Position numbers and translations under genes: made by a program | Shown here: piece by piece, positions 23,268 to 41,111 of the stretch | How the letters are laid out: each line of letters begins with the position of its first letter | Numbering within the stretch: the stretch's first letter is position 1 | NCBI GenBank assembly: GCA_964016885.1 | Contig: OZ024741.1 | Span: forward strand, 342,922,001-342,986,000 | From: Eledone cirrhosa | Lineage: Eukaryota | DNA length: 64,000 nt | Direction: 5' to 3' | The notes under the pieces: model-generated | What the model was told of the DNA's origin: nothing | The model's input: the letters and a program-made list of their open reading frames with translations, nothing else | Database searches by the model: none

Positions 23268-26200
23268 TGATAGAGTAAGACACGCTTCACATCGGCTCCG
23301 CTATTCCATCGGGATTTACCCTTACTATTGTAAGTACCGGATACATTTTTCAGTGCAACACATTTGGAACACTAACCCCTGTTATTTAGGGAAACATTTT
23401 TGCATTTACCCCCTTTTTAGGGGGTAAAATAAATATCTAATTTTGCCGAAAAATTTCGTTCTTGGCAGCATGGCGGAAAAGATGGCAGACATGTCTGCCA
23501 TTAGCTCTGCCACGCCCCCCAAGTCTGAAGAACAAAAAATAATTACAACAAAATTAGACAACGAAACAAACAAAGAAAATGAAAAAACAAATGTTAAGGA
23601 AAATGAGCAAACGGAAAACAAACAAACAGAAAATAATACAAATAACAACAGGGCAACTTTCGCCCAGAAAACAAAACAATCCATTACATACACACCAATT
23701 GACCTAACGGCCGCCAGAGAAAAACTGGCCGAAGCAAAGAAACACATTGTTTTGGGGGAGAATGGAATGTTTTCCATTAACTCCCCCCCCAGAATTCAAG
23801 AAAGCGAGAACAGAGAACACAGTTCTCTTCAGAACAATCCTAAACCAAACAAGAAAGCCAGCACAGCCCAGCCAAATGGAGATAGAGTTGGTTCTAAAAG
23901 ACTATATGAAGAATATTCTCTTCATACGAAAGGACCGACTCTATGGCAGCATTTCGGTCCTAACAAAAGACAAGGAAACGGCGGAGAAGCTTTCCATAAG
24001 CCCACTCTCATCGACAACATACAGCTTCTATCCCTCCTACATGGGTAGAAGAACACAGAGAGTAAAAATACAAACAATGCTGCCCACAATGGACTTCAGG
24101 TGGGCTATTGCTGGCTTCATAGACATGGGCGAGGACACAGTGCTGTCATTGGGGAAGGCATCCGGAGATGCGTTCCTGGGAATAGGCCTCGACCTACTAG
24201 TCCAAATGAGGCCCGAAAGAATAGCACAAATCCCGGATCGCATCTGGCTGGATGAGCTCACCCCAATAGATATAATTGTAGAGGGGAGAAGACCAGCATG
24301 CTATTTATGCATGGAAAGGGGACACATTAAGGCTAACTGCCCGAAACGTGTCCCCCAAAAAGGACTATTGCCCACACCCACCACAAACAGTACACCAACA
24401 CCACCCACCTCCAAAAATACACTAATACCACACACAGCAAACAAAATACAAACACCACCAAGCACATCACCACCACCAACAGCAAACACAAGCTCGACAC
24501 AAAAATCACCACCACCATCACCAACACAAACACCATCACCACCATTACCAACCACAAGCACGACACAAACAGACCACCACCACCACAAAACGCATTCCAA
24601 ACAAATAATAAAAAAAACAGCAACAAATCTACCCCTCCCGCAAAAAAAAACAACCAGACACGACGTCCCTCCCACCTAGCGCTGAAGAGTTTCCCCCAAC
24701 TTCTGAAGAAGAAGGAGGAGAAGCCTTCAGACAAGTTAAAAGAAAAAAAAAGAAAGCACACACCCAGCACACCACAAATAACCCACACACAAACACCAAC
24801 TCCAATAAAAAACACCCCACCCTCAACAAACAAAAATAAATCTGCGCCTCCCCTCTCCGAAACATTGACAGTATCACAAAAAAAAGACATTGCAATACAC
24901 ATATATAAATAAAGAAAACAAAAAACTGTTTAAATTAATAAACAATAGCCCTTTGGTGCAGACCGAAGGGCCAAACTTTATCTCAACAGAGAACTTCACC
25001 CATTTAAAAATGATAAAGGTCCCTCTGGACCTTTATCGTTCCTTAAAAGAACAATTTAGACAGGACGTGATCCCCCCCCCTGTTTAAAACCGTTAAATCG
25101 CGTCCTCTTGAAAGATTTCCCCATAACCTCCCCTCTCCCTGACACAACTCCAAACACCCCAACCCAACCACACTCGGGCACCCCCACACCACCACAAAAC
25201 ATCCCTCCACCCAACACACCTGACGCCATGGAAATTACACAACCCGGAGAGGTAAGTGCTTTTCTTTCTTCACTTTCAACACCAAAATAGATCAATTGAG
25301 AGTTGGCTGTTTGAACGCGCGTGGCCTGGGCTCAGCTTGGAAGCAAGCAAAGCTACTAAGTGACCTCAGGTCACGAAGTATAGATGTGATGGTTGTTTGC
25401 GAGAGTCGGATCAGCAGCGTGCGACAGCTGGCTCCCGCCTTCGATGACTTTGAGATGCACGCATCTCTCTGTCAACCCGGAGGCGTGGGGGGGGGGGGGG
25501 GGAGTTGCCGTACTGCTGGATAAACGTCTGGCTCTCGACGTACAGATTGTTCACTCGGACCCGGGGGGTCGAATACTGGTGCTGGACGTCGGAGGCAGTG
25601 AAGGCGGGGCTTTCAGACTGGTCGGTCTTTATGCCACCTTCGGGGCTGAAAGAGCCGACTTCTTCCAGCGTCTGGAGACTTTTCTAGGAACGTCGCGTTC
25701 CCTGCTTTTAGTGGGGGACTGGAATGGAATCCTAGATGCGCGTTGGGACTATGCAGGGGCATGTCCCGATAGAGGGGGGTGTAGCAGCCTCAAGGGGTTA
25801 CTCGATCGATTCGACCTGGTCGATAGATTTCGACTAGATTGTCCAACTGCGCCAACCTGGACCTGGGAAAACCGCAGTGGACAATCTAGATCGTACCTAG
25901 ATAGGTTTTTGGTTAGGAGTAAGGATAGGGACGTATTTAGTTGTCCAGAATTGATCATGGTTGGCTATTCAGATCACAAATTAGTGACCTGCGTGGTCAA
26001 CCTTGATAGAACGCATAGACAGGGTCCCGGTTACTGGAAGATGAACTTGTCCTTGCCGGCAAAGAAAGATTACAGGAACCGGATTAGTAGCTTAGTTAAG
26101 ATGCGGTTGACGGGAGCGATTGTCAACAGTAGGTGGTGGGTATCTCTAAAGAGAGAGATTAGAGTAAGTTCGATAGGTTACAGTAAGGAACTAGCGGCGA

Positions 26201-28963
26201 ATAGAAATAGGAAGGAAAGGGAGTTAACAGATAAACTAGAAGAGGCGATTAGGAGCGGAGACGTATCCAGAGTGTTAGCGGCGAGAACGGCGTTGAGCCA
26301 GTTCTTTGACGCGAAGCACGAAGGCTGCGTTGTCCGAAGTAAAATACGTGCTTTAGGAAACGAGGGGACCAAAGCTGTTAGCTGGGCCCGCGTGACAGAA
26401 GCCAAGAGTGGGATTAAATCCACCATTCGGTCTTTGCGAGACCAGGATGGACGGGTGATCCTTGAACCTGAGCGGATGTGCGAGGCCTTTCAAAGGCACT
26501 TTGCTCGACTGTTCGGAGGGGGCGGGGGGCCGGACGGGGATGTGGACTTCGGTCCATACCTCGACGGTCTACCGCGTCTTTCGAGCGGCGAAGCGGAGTG
26601 CTGCGAAAGGCCAATCACAGCCACTGAAATCGGGGAAGCGCTCAGCCAATGCAGCAGACGCAAATCTCCGGGTCTCGATGGTCTCATACGAACTTTATTT
26701 AGCTATGCCGGTCTTGTTCTCCGAACTCCTCGAGGCTGTCTATTGCAACTGGCAACAGAACGGGAGAATTCCCTGATCTGTGACCAAGGGCGTGGTCACG
26801 CTAGTGAGGAAGGACGAGAGCAAGGGGGACGACTTAAGTAACTTTAGGCCCATAACTCTGCTGAATGCAGAGTTACAGATTTTGGCCAAGGTGTTGGCGA
26901 AGAGGTTGGCGCTTGTGGTGGGTGGTTTGGTGGGAGACGCGCAGACATGCACTATCCCGTCCAGGTCCATTCACGACAACCTCCACCTCATGCGATACAT
27001 CATAGAGAGGGTTGGCAACGAACCCGGCTTTGGTGGGGCCCTGATCAACTTGGATCAATCTAAGGCGTTCGATAGGGTCGACCATGGTTACCTGGATGCG
27101 GTGCTAGCGGCGGCGGGCTTCGGACCCGTTTTCAGGGGCTGGATTTCTGCCATGCACAGTGGCAACATCTACTCTAGGATTAAAGTAAACGGCTACCTCT
27201 CGGAGCCGTTTCAAATCACCCGGTCCATCAGACAGGGGTGCCCCCTCTCCTCCCTTCTGTACGTATTGACTCTCGAGCCACTGCTGCGGAAGTTGGAGTT
27301 GCTGCGGGGCATACCCCTGGAACCGGGATTGCACAAAGCGGTCTCGGCCTATGCCGACGACGTAACAGTAATGGTGGCGGACGCCTCGGAAATCGGGGCG
27401 ATCGCCACCCTACTGGAGGAATACGAAAGGCTGACGGGGGCTAGGCTGAACCGGGACAAGTCAGTCGGTTTGCAACTCGGAACGTGGAGGGGCAAACCGA
27501 TGCCGTTAGACGGTGTCGTCGGGCGGTGGACGGAGGGCCCGGTGAAGCTGCTCGGGGTCTGGTTCGGACCGGACCTCCAGGTGGAGAAGAATTGGGGCGA
27601 GGTGACGAGCAGGGTGTTTGCGCTGACCCAGAAGTGGGCCAAGTGCAAACTATCACTGAAAGGTCGGGCGGAGGTGACGAACGCTTACATAGCGTCCGTC
27701 ATCTGCTACCGCCTGACCGTCGTGCCTTGCCCCAAGGAAAAGATCACCATCATGGAACGCATGCTCTTCCAGTTCCTCTGGAAGAAGCGGCCTCCCATGG
27801 TGAGGAGATCCATCTGCTGCCAGCACCCTTCGAAAGGAGGGCTGGGTATGCCGTGGCTGTTGATGCGTAGGCACGCATTGAGGCTACGGCATCTACAGGT
27901 ATTCCTCACCGGTCAGCCGGTGTGGGCCCCGTTTGTGAGGCGAGCCTTTCCACAGCTCGTCTCGCTCACCGAGCTGCAATCCTGGGTGAAGCAAAGACCG
28001 AGAAAACTGGGCAACTGGCACACCGAGTGTGCCCAGGCGCTCACGGCTATCTGGCAAGCGGACCCGACTGTCAGTGGAGAATCCACCTCGACATTCTATA
28101 GAGGGCTGGTGGCTAGCAGGGGCGACGACACCCTTGGAGAGTCGCTAGGCACGGAGGAGGACGAACTGGCCAGCCTGTTCGGTAGAACTTTCGGCCCGGG
28201 ACCCATGGACAACTTCCAGAGGTCCCTAGCCTGGCAGTGTTACCGGGGGGCTCTGCCCGTTCGAGAAAAGCTCTACAGACACGGGCGCCCGGGCAGGGAT
28301 CCAGCGAAAAAGATCTGTCCCAGATGCGTGCGCGACGAGGAAACCGTTGCGCACGCACTGGTACACTGCCCGGGCGTTGCCGATCTGTGGGGCTACGTCG
28401 AACGACTGCTGTCGCGTGTGGCGCCGATTCGATTAACCGCCGAGTCTGTGGTGAACATCAAGCCGCCGCCTCCCTTCAGAAACGAAGCAGAGGCGGTCTT
28501 TCTGTGCGTAATAGCCATGATGAAAGAGGTTGTGTGGTGGACGCGCCTGAAAGGTCTGAGGTCGGGTGACTTTCTCTCCGGCCATCACCTGGTTTACTTC
28601 TTCCGATACTACTTCGGAAGAAGGATCAGGATGGAGAGAGAAGTGCTTGGCCCCAGACAGTTTTATGAAAGGTGGGTGAAAGAAGCGAGAATGGCTCGTG
28701 TAAATGGGCCTTCTCTCTACATTGTTCTGTAGGTGAAGAAGTGAAGAGGAAAGGGGGAGCGCCTCCTCTCTGGGCTTCCCCCGCGAAAAGGGTTGCACAC
28801 TTTTCGGGGGTATGTGCAATCCCGAACACGCCCCCTCCCTTTTGAGGACTTTTTATTATTATATTATTATTGTTATTCCTTTTTCTTTACTCGATTTATG
28901 TAAACTCCCCCACTGTGTATTTGTCCCCTTCTTTTGTGCCCTCGTGGCAAATAAATAGAAATT
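23268..28963 (+). mobile_element. Full-length Tx1 LINE, subfamily B, frameshifted
   Basis: Different 5' UTR; ORF1 pieces 23443-25290 (CYLCMERGHIKANCP); ORF2 pieces 25296-28732. Confidence 0.92.
25296..28732 (+). pseudogene. Tx1-B ORF2 (APE-RT-CCHC) with frameshifts and an in-frame stop
   Basis: Colinear with subfamily A ORF2; frameshifts at the G run ~25490 and at ~26685; TGA at ~26775. Confidence 0.9.
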
Positions 28964-29781
28964 TATCTAGTTATCTATCTATACCATTCAGCATTAAAGC
29001 CTAGACGACCAACAAAATGTCTTTCGTTTCATTTTCTATTTTGCAATATCGTCATATTGCCTCACGTTGCTTTAAACAACATATAGCTACAAAGCTCTCT
29101 AGCACACACACACACACGCACACGCACACGCATACACACACACACACACACACACATACACACGCACGCACACACACACACATACACACAAACACACACA
29201 TATACATATGCTGCTTGAGATAAACAAGCGCATTATATATGAGTTTACTTGCATGTGTATTTGTGTGTGCGCGTATATGTATGAGTGTGTGAGTGAGTGT
29301 ATACTTGTATGTATATTTGTGTGTGCCTGTGTTTGTATGAGTGTGTGAGTGAGTGTATGTGTGTAAGTGTGCGTGTCAGATTTCATATATTCATTTTAAC
29401 GTGGCTTCCTTATTGATTTACGAATATAATTTTTATAACGAAATCTACGTATTATGTTCCACATGCACACACACGCATACACGCACACATACACAAAAGC
29501 ACACACACACATATATATATATATGTATATATATGCATATACATATATATATATGTCTGTGTATACACATATATGTTACATATAAATGTATACACACACA
29601 CACACAGACAAACATATATACGTATATAAATCATATATGTATATATATATATATATATTATATATATATATTTTTTTCCATTTTGACGTTATAGTCACTT
29701 ATATATTATGAAATACTGTTGGCTCCATGCTCACAATAATTTCTATACTTTCATTTATATATATATATATATATATATATA

Positions 29782-29830
<49 letters not shown>

Positions 29831-29999
29831 GATAGGTATATATGTATATTTATATTTATATATATGCATCGTGTTCAGTCCTCTGCTTTTTTGTGACAGA
29901 AGCAAGATATATTGGTCTACATGACAGTATAACTTGTAACTTATTTTGTATTGATTTATATAAACATATCTATACACTAATGCTCACACACTCACACTC

Positions 30000-30105
<106 letters not shown>

Positions 30106-30481
30106 ACACATATATATATATATATATATACAAACACACGCAGATACACACACACACTCGTACACACACATATAAACACATATATTATATGCGTGTATAT
30201 ATATATGTGTTTGTGTTTGTGCGTGTATAAATATTATTAATTCGATTTGATGTTTCCTACAAAAGTATTACATTTTAGCAAAGTAATTGGATGTCTGCAG
30301 TGATTAAACAGATTAAAGCGACCAAACCTAGTTGAAAATTACGGAAATGTTATAATTTTATCATATGAATATGACTGAAATACCGACTATTTTTCGATTG
30401 TTTTTTTTATTTTATATATAGCGTGTATAAATTTATACGTTGACACCCACATCTACACCAATTCCTATGCCCCCAGACACA

Positions 30482-30557
<76 letters not shown>

Positions 30558-30607
30558 AATATATATATATATATATATATGCGTATATATATATATATAT
30601 ATGTATA

Positions 30608-30638
<31 letters not shown>

Positions 30639-30665
30639 TAATATAGATGAGATATAGATGAGATT

Positions 30666-30740
30666 GATTCTACAGGACTAGAACTGTTTCATTCTTTAGA
30701 AATCATCAGGATTGAACCTATAATATATAGGAATAACTTA
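30666..30740. mobile_element. Fold-back PLE-end remnant containing an HHR core on the minus strand
   Basis: Minus strand: CTGATGA-tttc/taaa/gaat-GAAAC-agttcta-GTC, joined to a forward tail gattgaacc...aataactta. Confidence 0.6.
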
Positions 30741-30829
30741 CCTATATATATATATATATTTAAAAGAATAGAAGTGTAACTCACGAGTTGCGATATATTA
30801 GTAAAAGGAAAAGAAAATGCTGACAAATT

Positions 30830-31262
30830 TTTGGTGATATCCAGCAGAAGTAAGGAGGACAACTGTCTATGCATTTCGTCCGGACGAAGGCCAGTTAAGC
30901 CTGAAATGCAAAGTCTGAAATACGAAATTTCTATACATATTGTATAAAGCTGTGCTTGAAGCGAAATCTTATTTCTTTTGTTTTATAAGTTGAGCCAACT
31001 TATGCAGCTTCATATGCAAATGAGATTAATCAGATCATTTACACAGACGAGAAAACTATATATTCTCGGCTGTCTTTTAGTCCCGTAGTCGCAGAGCGGT
31101 GTAAGGGATCGTACTGACGAAGGCCAGTTAAGCCTGTAATGCATAGACGGTTGTCCCCCTTGCTTCTGCTGGACATCACCAGAGGGCGTTAGTCCCCCGG
31201 TGTTTGCATAGCTACGGCTTCCTAACACCGTATTTCTGTCGAAATACGAAATTGTTATACAT
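30830..31262 (+). mobile_element. Retrozyme-like family R3 (~324-bp unit) with an inverted/duplicated HHR fragment at its 5' side
   Basis: Short direct repeat gaaatacgaaatt at 30917 and 31241; octamer at 31014; HHR at 31110-31149 (GAAA mutated to GTAA); second HHR copy at 30877-30910; 30830-30877 is an inverted copy of ~31136-31182. Confidence 0.55.
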
Positions 31263-31282
31263 ATATATATATATATACACAT

Positions 31283-31480
31283 GTGTGGTTAGAGAAATGG
31301 ATTCGCAATCGTGATGTTGTGATTTCGATTCCCGGAGCAGGCGAGGCGCTGTCCTTGAGCAAGACACTTTCCTTCGCGTTGCTCCTTCTACCTGGAGTTT
31401 CGACCGACAGATAGTATTAGCAATTGGAAAGACTAATGATTGTTTCCTTGGTCCGATTTGACGAAAGTCGATCGATTGTC
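31283..31480 (+). mobile_element. Second tRNA-derived SINE family
   Basis: A-box-like gtggttag, B-box-like gatttcgattccc, core tgtccttgagcaagacactt. Confidence 0.6.
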
Positions 31481-31481
31481 G

Positions 31482-36030
<4,549 letters not shown>

Positions 36031-36541
36031 TAAATACAATATCGGAGAAAGCTTTTTAGCGATACTCCGGCCAAATTCCAACTCACTCAACAAACATTAG
36101 GAAATAAGTGATTATATTCCCAATTATGCGTTCGGGGTGCTAACTAAAAGTATTGCGTGGAAAATTGGCTGTATTATTTGAAATGAGACATATCGAATAT
36201 ATCTCTTCCCAGACGGACGTCTCGTTTCATTATAGGATTCCTACAATTTGGGTGAAATTATACCAATTTATGTAGGAGCTTGTATACCATCAATAGATAT
36301 ATATTCAAGTGGGCTCCTATAATTTATCAGTGGGGGCCCCAATAATACTAATATTGATAATCTAACCAACATCAGTATTTAGCGATAATATATATATATA
36401 TATATACACATATATATGTATATATATATGTGCGTGTGTGTATATATAGATATTTATGTGTGTGTGCGTGTGAGTGAGCGAATGTGCGTGCATATGTATG
36501 CATGTTTGTATATATGTATATATATATATATATATATATAC

Positions 36542-36733
36542 AGGAAAAAGTAAGACCCCGGCGGCAGAGCTCAAGCCGTTTCGGCGGCTATTTCTGGACT
36601 GAAATAGCCGTCAAAACGGCTTGAACTCTGCCGTCGGGGTCATACTTTTTCCTATTACCCACTCTACTACCCTAAGTATTGAGTATTCTGGTGCATTATG
36701 GTCCATCTGGTTCCTTACCACAACTCCTTCGTT
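36542..36733. mobile_element. Fold-back PLE-end remnant (53-bp arms plus ~80-bp tail)
   Basis: 36542-36594 inverted with 36601-36653; homologous to 54511-54650 and 56633-56693. Confidence 0.75.
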
Positions 36734-36800
36734 ATATATATATATATACATATATATGTATATATATATATATGTGTGTGTATGTGTATATATATGCGTG

Positions 36801-36862
<62 letters not shown>

Positions 36863-36884
36863 CACATATATTTATATATATGTG

Positions 36885-36917
<33 letters not shown>

Positions 36918-36990
36918 ATATGGAGAAAATATGTCTCTCTCTCTCTAGATATATATCTATATGTACATGTGTATATATATATATATATAT

Positions 36991-37023
<33 letters not shown>

Positions 37024-37028
37024 CACGC

Positions 37029-37060
<32 letters not shown>

Positions 37061-37149
37061 GTATCTTCCTCCACTTCCACCACTTGTGAAACTAATATAA
37101 CTGTAAAAATTGTCTCCTGTATTTTATTTGTTCATTTATCAACTTTATC

Positions 37150-37223
<74 letters not shown>

Positions 37224-39116
37224 TTGGTGTAGTCTGATGTTTCATTATGTCGATATTCCCTGCCTCTAGCCCAAAATTGTAAAACTAAATACTAATAACA
37301 CTCTCCAAATATTGCTACTAGATTTAAATAAATTGGATTTGAAAATTGTTTTTAAAATAAATATATTTTCCACTATTATGCTTAAATTTGATGTATTTGT
37401 TTTCACAGATAAATTTTATCTTTATGGGTCATGTAAACACAATGATAGTTATGCAGTCTTTCGACCTTTGCAGTTTTGTTAATCCCACACCTACTCGATA
37501 TATAAACATTTCCATATATAAAACAAAAGATATTACGAGACCGCATAAAATATTGCATTGCAATGATAGCTGAATTTCATGAAAAAAAAAGCGAATATCC
37601 TTTTATGAGAAATGATTTTTAGCTGGGATTGTTAGTTATGAAATACAGCTATTTGAAATGTTTATTTGTCTATTAAAAGAATTCCTCATACATTGGGGAA
37701 TTAGCATGAAAATAAAAACTAAAATTCATTATTTGAAGGTATAAGATATATAAGTGTTTCTAACATGTTCTCGAACGAGACCAAATCGCTTTTGTAGGAA
37801 TTAGTGGTTAAACTATATACAGACCTGTTTACTAACCCCGTCCGACGGTGAGATCTCCCACCCACTTTCGAGGGGGTGAGAAATGCCTTCTCTTGTGAAA
37901 ATGGGTATAGCTTTCATTATGTAAAATCTCCCCATTTGTCCCATTTCTCCCCATTTGAGGGCACGTTTTTTCATGGTACTCTCCGTTTGGGTTTTTAGAG
38001 GTTCGCAGGTCTGTGTATGTTTAAATTACACATCATATTCGTCTTGACTGAAACTTTGTGGGATATTCTTGGGATTTTCAACAACCTGGTATGAGTATTA
38101 AAATAAAAATATCAGAAATTGCCTATAGTTAATAAATATGTATGCATGCCCCACAAAAAAAAAAAAAAAAAGCAACCCCAGTGTAGATATGACGACAGAT
38201 TTTGATTATACGTTTCGCTGTTAAAATAAACAAGTCTGACCAAATATTTATTTTTCAATTCGTAAACAGAAAAAAAAAGCCTACGCGTTTTAGAGCTACA
38301 ATGCTTTTCACCAGAAAGAACAGTAACACCATGCTTTATTGTCTTCTGACGTGTTAACAAATGTCTGAATAAACTTGTTGAATAAACTTGTTCATGGTTA
38401 ACAAGTGTATGAGAATGTCCTATTAATGTATACAGATTATAGTTTTGTTAGGTTCTGGAACGTGCCTAATTTGTTAATGTCCATATAGAAATGGTCATGT
38501 ATCACTTCCTGCTATGCCAGTTATGAATAGAATGGCAGACATATTGTTTAACTGCCACAATGTTTTCAGTTTAAAAGCTTGCTAAACACAATTTCTACTA
38601 TCCTCTCTATTTATTATTAATTATTTAATATTTATTATTTAATTAATTACGTTACCAAACAAATACATCCTGTGCAATTTAATCAACCATTTTTGTTATG
38701 TTCTAGACGATTTTTGACATAAATAGCAATGCAATAATGGTCACTCCGTACATCAAGTCATAGGGGTAGATATCTTCTGATGAGTCTACAATAATCTTTT
38801 AACACGTAAAGATAGTCTCTTAAGATTTATGTGTATACAGTGAATTATAGAAAGCGTGTTCACACATCTTCTTTTCAAAGCAAGGCATGCAACTTTAAAA
38901 AAAAAGTAGTTATATCTAAATTAAATTTATCATATATTTTGGCTGAAACACTCGCTAGATGAAGGTTCTTTTCTGAAGACCTTCTGCTGTCCAGCTCTCC
39001 TGAGAGTTTCTTACCAGTGACTCTGATCAAATTTCATTTAATCCTGGTCTCAGTGATACTGGAAACAAAGAGTTCAGAATCTTTTAGAAAGTGCTTCTTA
39101 GCTGTCATTTGTAAAT

Positions 39117-40470
39117 TTGTATTAGTTTGATTTTTATTGCTGCTGTTGGTGTAATAGTTTGATTTTTACAGCTGTGTTGGTGCAATAGTTTGATTTTTGC
39201 TGCTGTTGGTATATTAGTTTGATTTTTGCTGCTGTGTTGGTGTATTAATTTGATTGTTGCTGCTGTTGGTATATTAGTTTGATTTTTGCTGCTGTGTTGG
39301 TGTATTAATTTGATTGTTGCTGCTGTTGGTATATTAGTTTGATTTGTGCTGCTGTTGGTATATTAGTTTGAGTTTTGGTGCTGTGTTGGTATATTAGTTT
39401 GATTTTTTCTGCTGTGTTGGTGTATTAGTTTGGTTTATGCTGCTGTTGGTATATTAGTTTGAATTTTACTGCTTTTGGTCATATTAGTTTGATTTTTGCT
39501 GCTATTCGTATATTAGTTTGATTTTTACTGCTGCTGTTGGTTAATAAGTTTGATATTTGTTGCTGTTGGTATATTAGTTTCATTTCTACTGCTGTTGGTA
39601 TATTAATTTGATTTTTACTGCTGTGTTGGTATATTAGTTTAATTTTTGCTGCTGTTGGTATAATAGTTTGATTTTTGCTGCTGTTGGTGTTTTAGTTGGA
39701 CTTTTACTGCTATTGGTGTATTAGCTTGATTTTTTGCTCCTGTGTTGGTATATTAGTTTGATATTTGCTGCTGTTGGTGTATTAGTTTGATTTATGCTGT
39801 TGTGTTGGTATATTAGTTTAATTTTGGCTGCTGTTTTGGTATATTAGTTTGATTTTTATTGCTGTGTTGGTATATTAGTTTGATTTTTGCTGCTGTGTTG
39901 GTATATTAGTTTGATTTTGGCTGCTGTTTGGTGTATTAGTTTGGTTTATGCTGTTGTTGGTATATTAGTTTGAATTTTACTGCTTTTGGTATATTAGTTT
40001 GATTTTTGCTGCTGCTGTTGATATATAAGTTTGATATTTGTTGGTGTTGGTATATTAGTTTCATTTCTGCTGCTGTTGGTATAATAGTTTCATTTTTACT
40101 GTTACTGGTATATTAGTTTGATTTTTGCTGCTGTGTTGGTATATTAGTTTGATTTTGGCTGCTGTGTTGGTATATTAGTTTGATATTTGCTGCTGTTGGT
40201 ATATTAGTTTGATTTTTATTGCTGTGTTGGTATATTAGTTTGATTTTTGCTGCTGTGTTGGTATATTAGTTTGATTTTGGCTGCTGTGTTGGTATATTAG
40301 TTTGACATTTGCTGCTGTGTTGGTATATTAGTTTGACATTTGCTGCTGTTGGTATATTAGTTTGATTTTTACTGCTGTTGGTGTATTAGTTTGATCTTTG
40401 CTGCTGTTGGTATATTAGTTTGATTTTGGCTGCTGTGGGTGTATTAGTTTGAGCTTTGCTGCTGCTGTGA
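39117..40470. repeat. Minisatellite, ~29-33-bp unit
   Basis: Consensus gctgctg(tg)ttggtatattagtttgattttt, roughly 40-45 diverged copies. Confidence 0.92.
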
Positions 40471-40590
40471 GTTATGTTTACATGCCAACACTAGAGCAAG
40501 AATGAGGGGCACATTCTACTGACATGGCTTTAAAATATAGGCTGTTTGCATAATTGCAAACGAATCGAATACTATTATTAATATTTGAAA

Positions 40591-40774
40591 TATGGTGGTG
40601 AATTGGCAGTATCGGTAGAGGGTCGGACATGCTTTCCAGCATAGTTACGTCCCTTTATGATCTGAGTTCAAATCCCGCCGAGGTTAACTTTGCCTTTCAT
40701 CCATACGGGGTCGATAAAATAAAGTACCTGTAATGTACTGGGTAATTGCTGGCCTTGTGCCAAAAGTAGAAACA
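40591..40774 (+). mobile_element. SINE with a 17-bp target-site duplication
   Basis: attattaatatttgaaa at 40574-40590 and 40775-40791; the insertion is absent from the second R2 repeat. Confidence 0.88.
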
Positions 40775-41061
40775 ATTATTAATATTTGAAAAACTCAGAT
40801 TACGTTTTTTGTATTCAGCCATGTAGAGCGAACATTTAAAAAAAAATTTGAATGTGGCAAAGCCGGCCCTTGATCGCTTGTATACAGGAAACTGACGAAC
40901 CAGTCTGCTGATATGCAAATCTGGCTGATCAGTGGATCTGCTAATATGCAGATCTGACTGATCAGCCAGTCTGCTAACATGCAAATCAAGCCGATAAGTC
41001 ACTGTATATTTTAGAAAATAGCATATATTTTACTAGCTCTGACAGTTGGCAGGTGAAGAAT

Positions 41062-41111
41062 GAGCTGTACTGATGAAGGGTGATACCCAGAAACATTAGT
41101 GTCTGCAGTTC
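41062..41111 (+). ncRNA. Type I hammerhead ribozyme (R2)
   Basis: gagctgta-CTGATGA-agggt/gat/accca-GAAAC-attagt-GTC-tgcagttc; 8-bp stem I including two G-U pairs. Confidence 0.85.

Noticed and set aside
17113-28829. Antisense and alternate-frame ORFs inside the Tx1 elements
   Set aside because: Expected shadows of GC-rich or compositionally biased coding sequence; no recognisable motifs.
37816-38018. Short inverted repeat tatacagacctg/caggtctgtgta
   Set aside because: Only ~12 bp with no TSD and no second copy in the window; insufficient to call an element.
38778-38790. CTGATGA hammerhead-like core
   Set aside because: No stem II followed by GAAA downstream.
38940-39115. Coding-looking stretch next to the minisatellite
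   Set aside because: The best frame contains a stop, with no clear splice sites or motifs.
39117-40470. CRISPR-like array
   Set aside because: Contiguous degenerate units with no unique spacers, no cas genes, eukaryotic context.
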